Under the pieces are notes generated by a model. That model was not told the DNA's origin, ran no database searches, and saw only the letters and a program-made list of their open reading frames with translations. This document shows positions 38,766-39,603 of a stretch of DNA of 39,603 bases, in pieces. How positions within the stretch are numbered: position 1 is the stretch's first letter; each line of letters starts with the position of its first letter. The stretch lies in IMG/VR virus record IMGVR_UViG_3300049009_000223, positions 1-39,603 of that record; one strand, given 5' to 3'. A program made the position numbers and the translations under genes. Source of the stretch: a virus (taxonomy: Duplodnaviria > Caudoviricetes).

Positions 38766-39603
38766 TGAGCGAAAATGTTAAAGCAGCAGCGCTAGCCGCA
38801 AACCTACAAGGTGAATCAAAGAAGCAAGTTGACGATCTAGTCAAGGCTCTCTTTGTCCATAAAGAACTATCTAACTTGCCTGCAGAAGCTGCTCAAGCAA
38901 AGTATTCTAAACTTCCAGCAAGCCAACAAAAAGATTTAGTAAAGAAGTTTGGCACTGAAGACCCATTGACTAAGCCATCTCAGGGTTGGCTAAGCACTGC
39001 GTTCAAGTACAACCCAATTACTCTTGCCTTCAAGGGTGCTGTAGAACTATCTGATCTTGCTACACGTACTTATCGTGCTGTTGCTATCCCAATGTCTCAA
39101 GGCGAAGTCGGCTTTGCTTGGGATCAAGCTAACGACAAAGGTGACAAGGTATACAACGAAGGCCGTATTGACAAGGCAAGATCAAAGTATGGCCAAGATG
39201 CTGTAGATATTGCTATGCGTATTAAGTCAGGCGAGGATGTAGGCAAGTTGCTTGCTACCGCAACTCCTGAACAGCAGAAGTATATTATGTTGGCTGACCC
39301 TAATAACAAAGTTATACCAGGCGTAAGCAACATAGAAGAATCTCGTGGACTCTTTAATGATGTTCTTGCTGAGGTAGATAGAGCTAAGTTCTCACCAGGA
39401 CGTCAATTAGCAAATGCTATTCTTCCCGAAGATCTTGAAAAGAATGGTTTCCTATACGGACTAGTATCAGGAACTACTGATACTGCTTTCCGTTTGTTTG
39501 CTGACCCACTTGTCGTAGCATCAAAGATCAAATCTTTATACACAGTTAGTAAGTATTCTTTAGATGTTATGGCCAAAGGCGAAAAGGTTGTTGACTATTT
39601 TGC
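38765..39603 (+). CDS. N-terminal part of the large internal virion protein (3' truncated)
   Basis: TAATG coupling; frame open to the window end (MSENVKAA...KVVDYFA). Confidence 0.75.
   Translation, partial: MSENVKAAALAANLQGESKKQVDDLVKALFVHKELSNLPAEAAQAKYSKLPASQQKDLVKKFGTEDPLTKPSQGWLSTAFKYNPITLAFKGAVELSDLATRTYRAVAIPMSQGEVGFAWDQANDKGDKVYNEGRIDKARSKYGQDAVDIAMRIKSGEDVGKLLATATPEQQKYIMLADPNNKVIPGVSNIEESRGLFNDVLAEVDRAKFSPGRQLANAILPEDLEKNGFLYGLVSGTTDTAFRLFADPLVVASKIKSLYTVSKYSLDVMAKGEKVVDYF

Overview
The window is a near-complete, apparently circularly permuted ~40 kb tailed-phage genome with podovirus-like organisation: terminase, portal, large internal virion proteins, scaffold, major capsid and tail tubular proteins, with no tape measure, integrase or DNA polymerase recognised. 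A WhiB gene, leaderless TANNNT promoters and GACAC motifs point to an actinobacterial host; the low GC suggests a freshwater acI-type host (inference). There are three modules. A + strand structural/lysis module (34340-39603 continuing into 1-22787) includes a Gly-X-Thr collagen tail fibre, a duplicated receptor-binding module and two glycosyltransferases. A + strand replication/regulation module (23371-30266) encodes an Ntn-hydrolase, Cas4-like nuclease, WhiB, helicase, resolvase, split primase and a sigma-like factor. A - strand early module (30337-33393) holds tiny genes joined by a repeated 21-bp stop/start linker. The most notable observations are the linker-joined gene array, a candidate collagen-fibre glycosylation system, divergent GACAC (WhiA/WhiB-type) leaderless promoters, several structured RNA candidates, tandem DnaA boxes, a CRP-like box, and apparent absence of CATG. 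All functional calls come from reading motifs by eye; no database searches were run.
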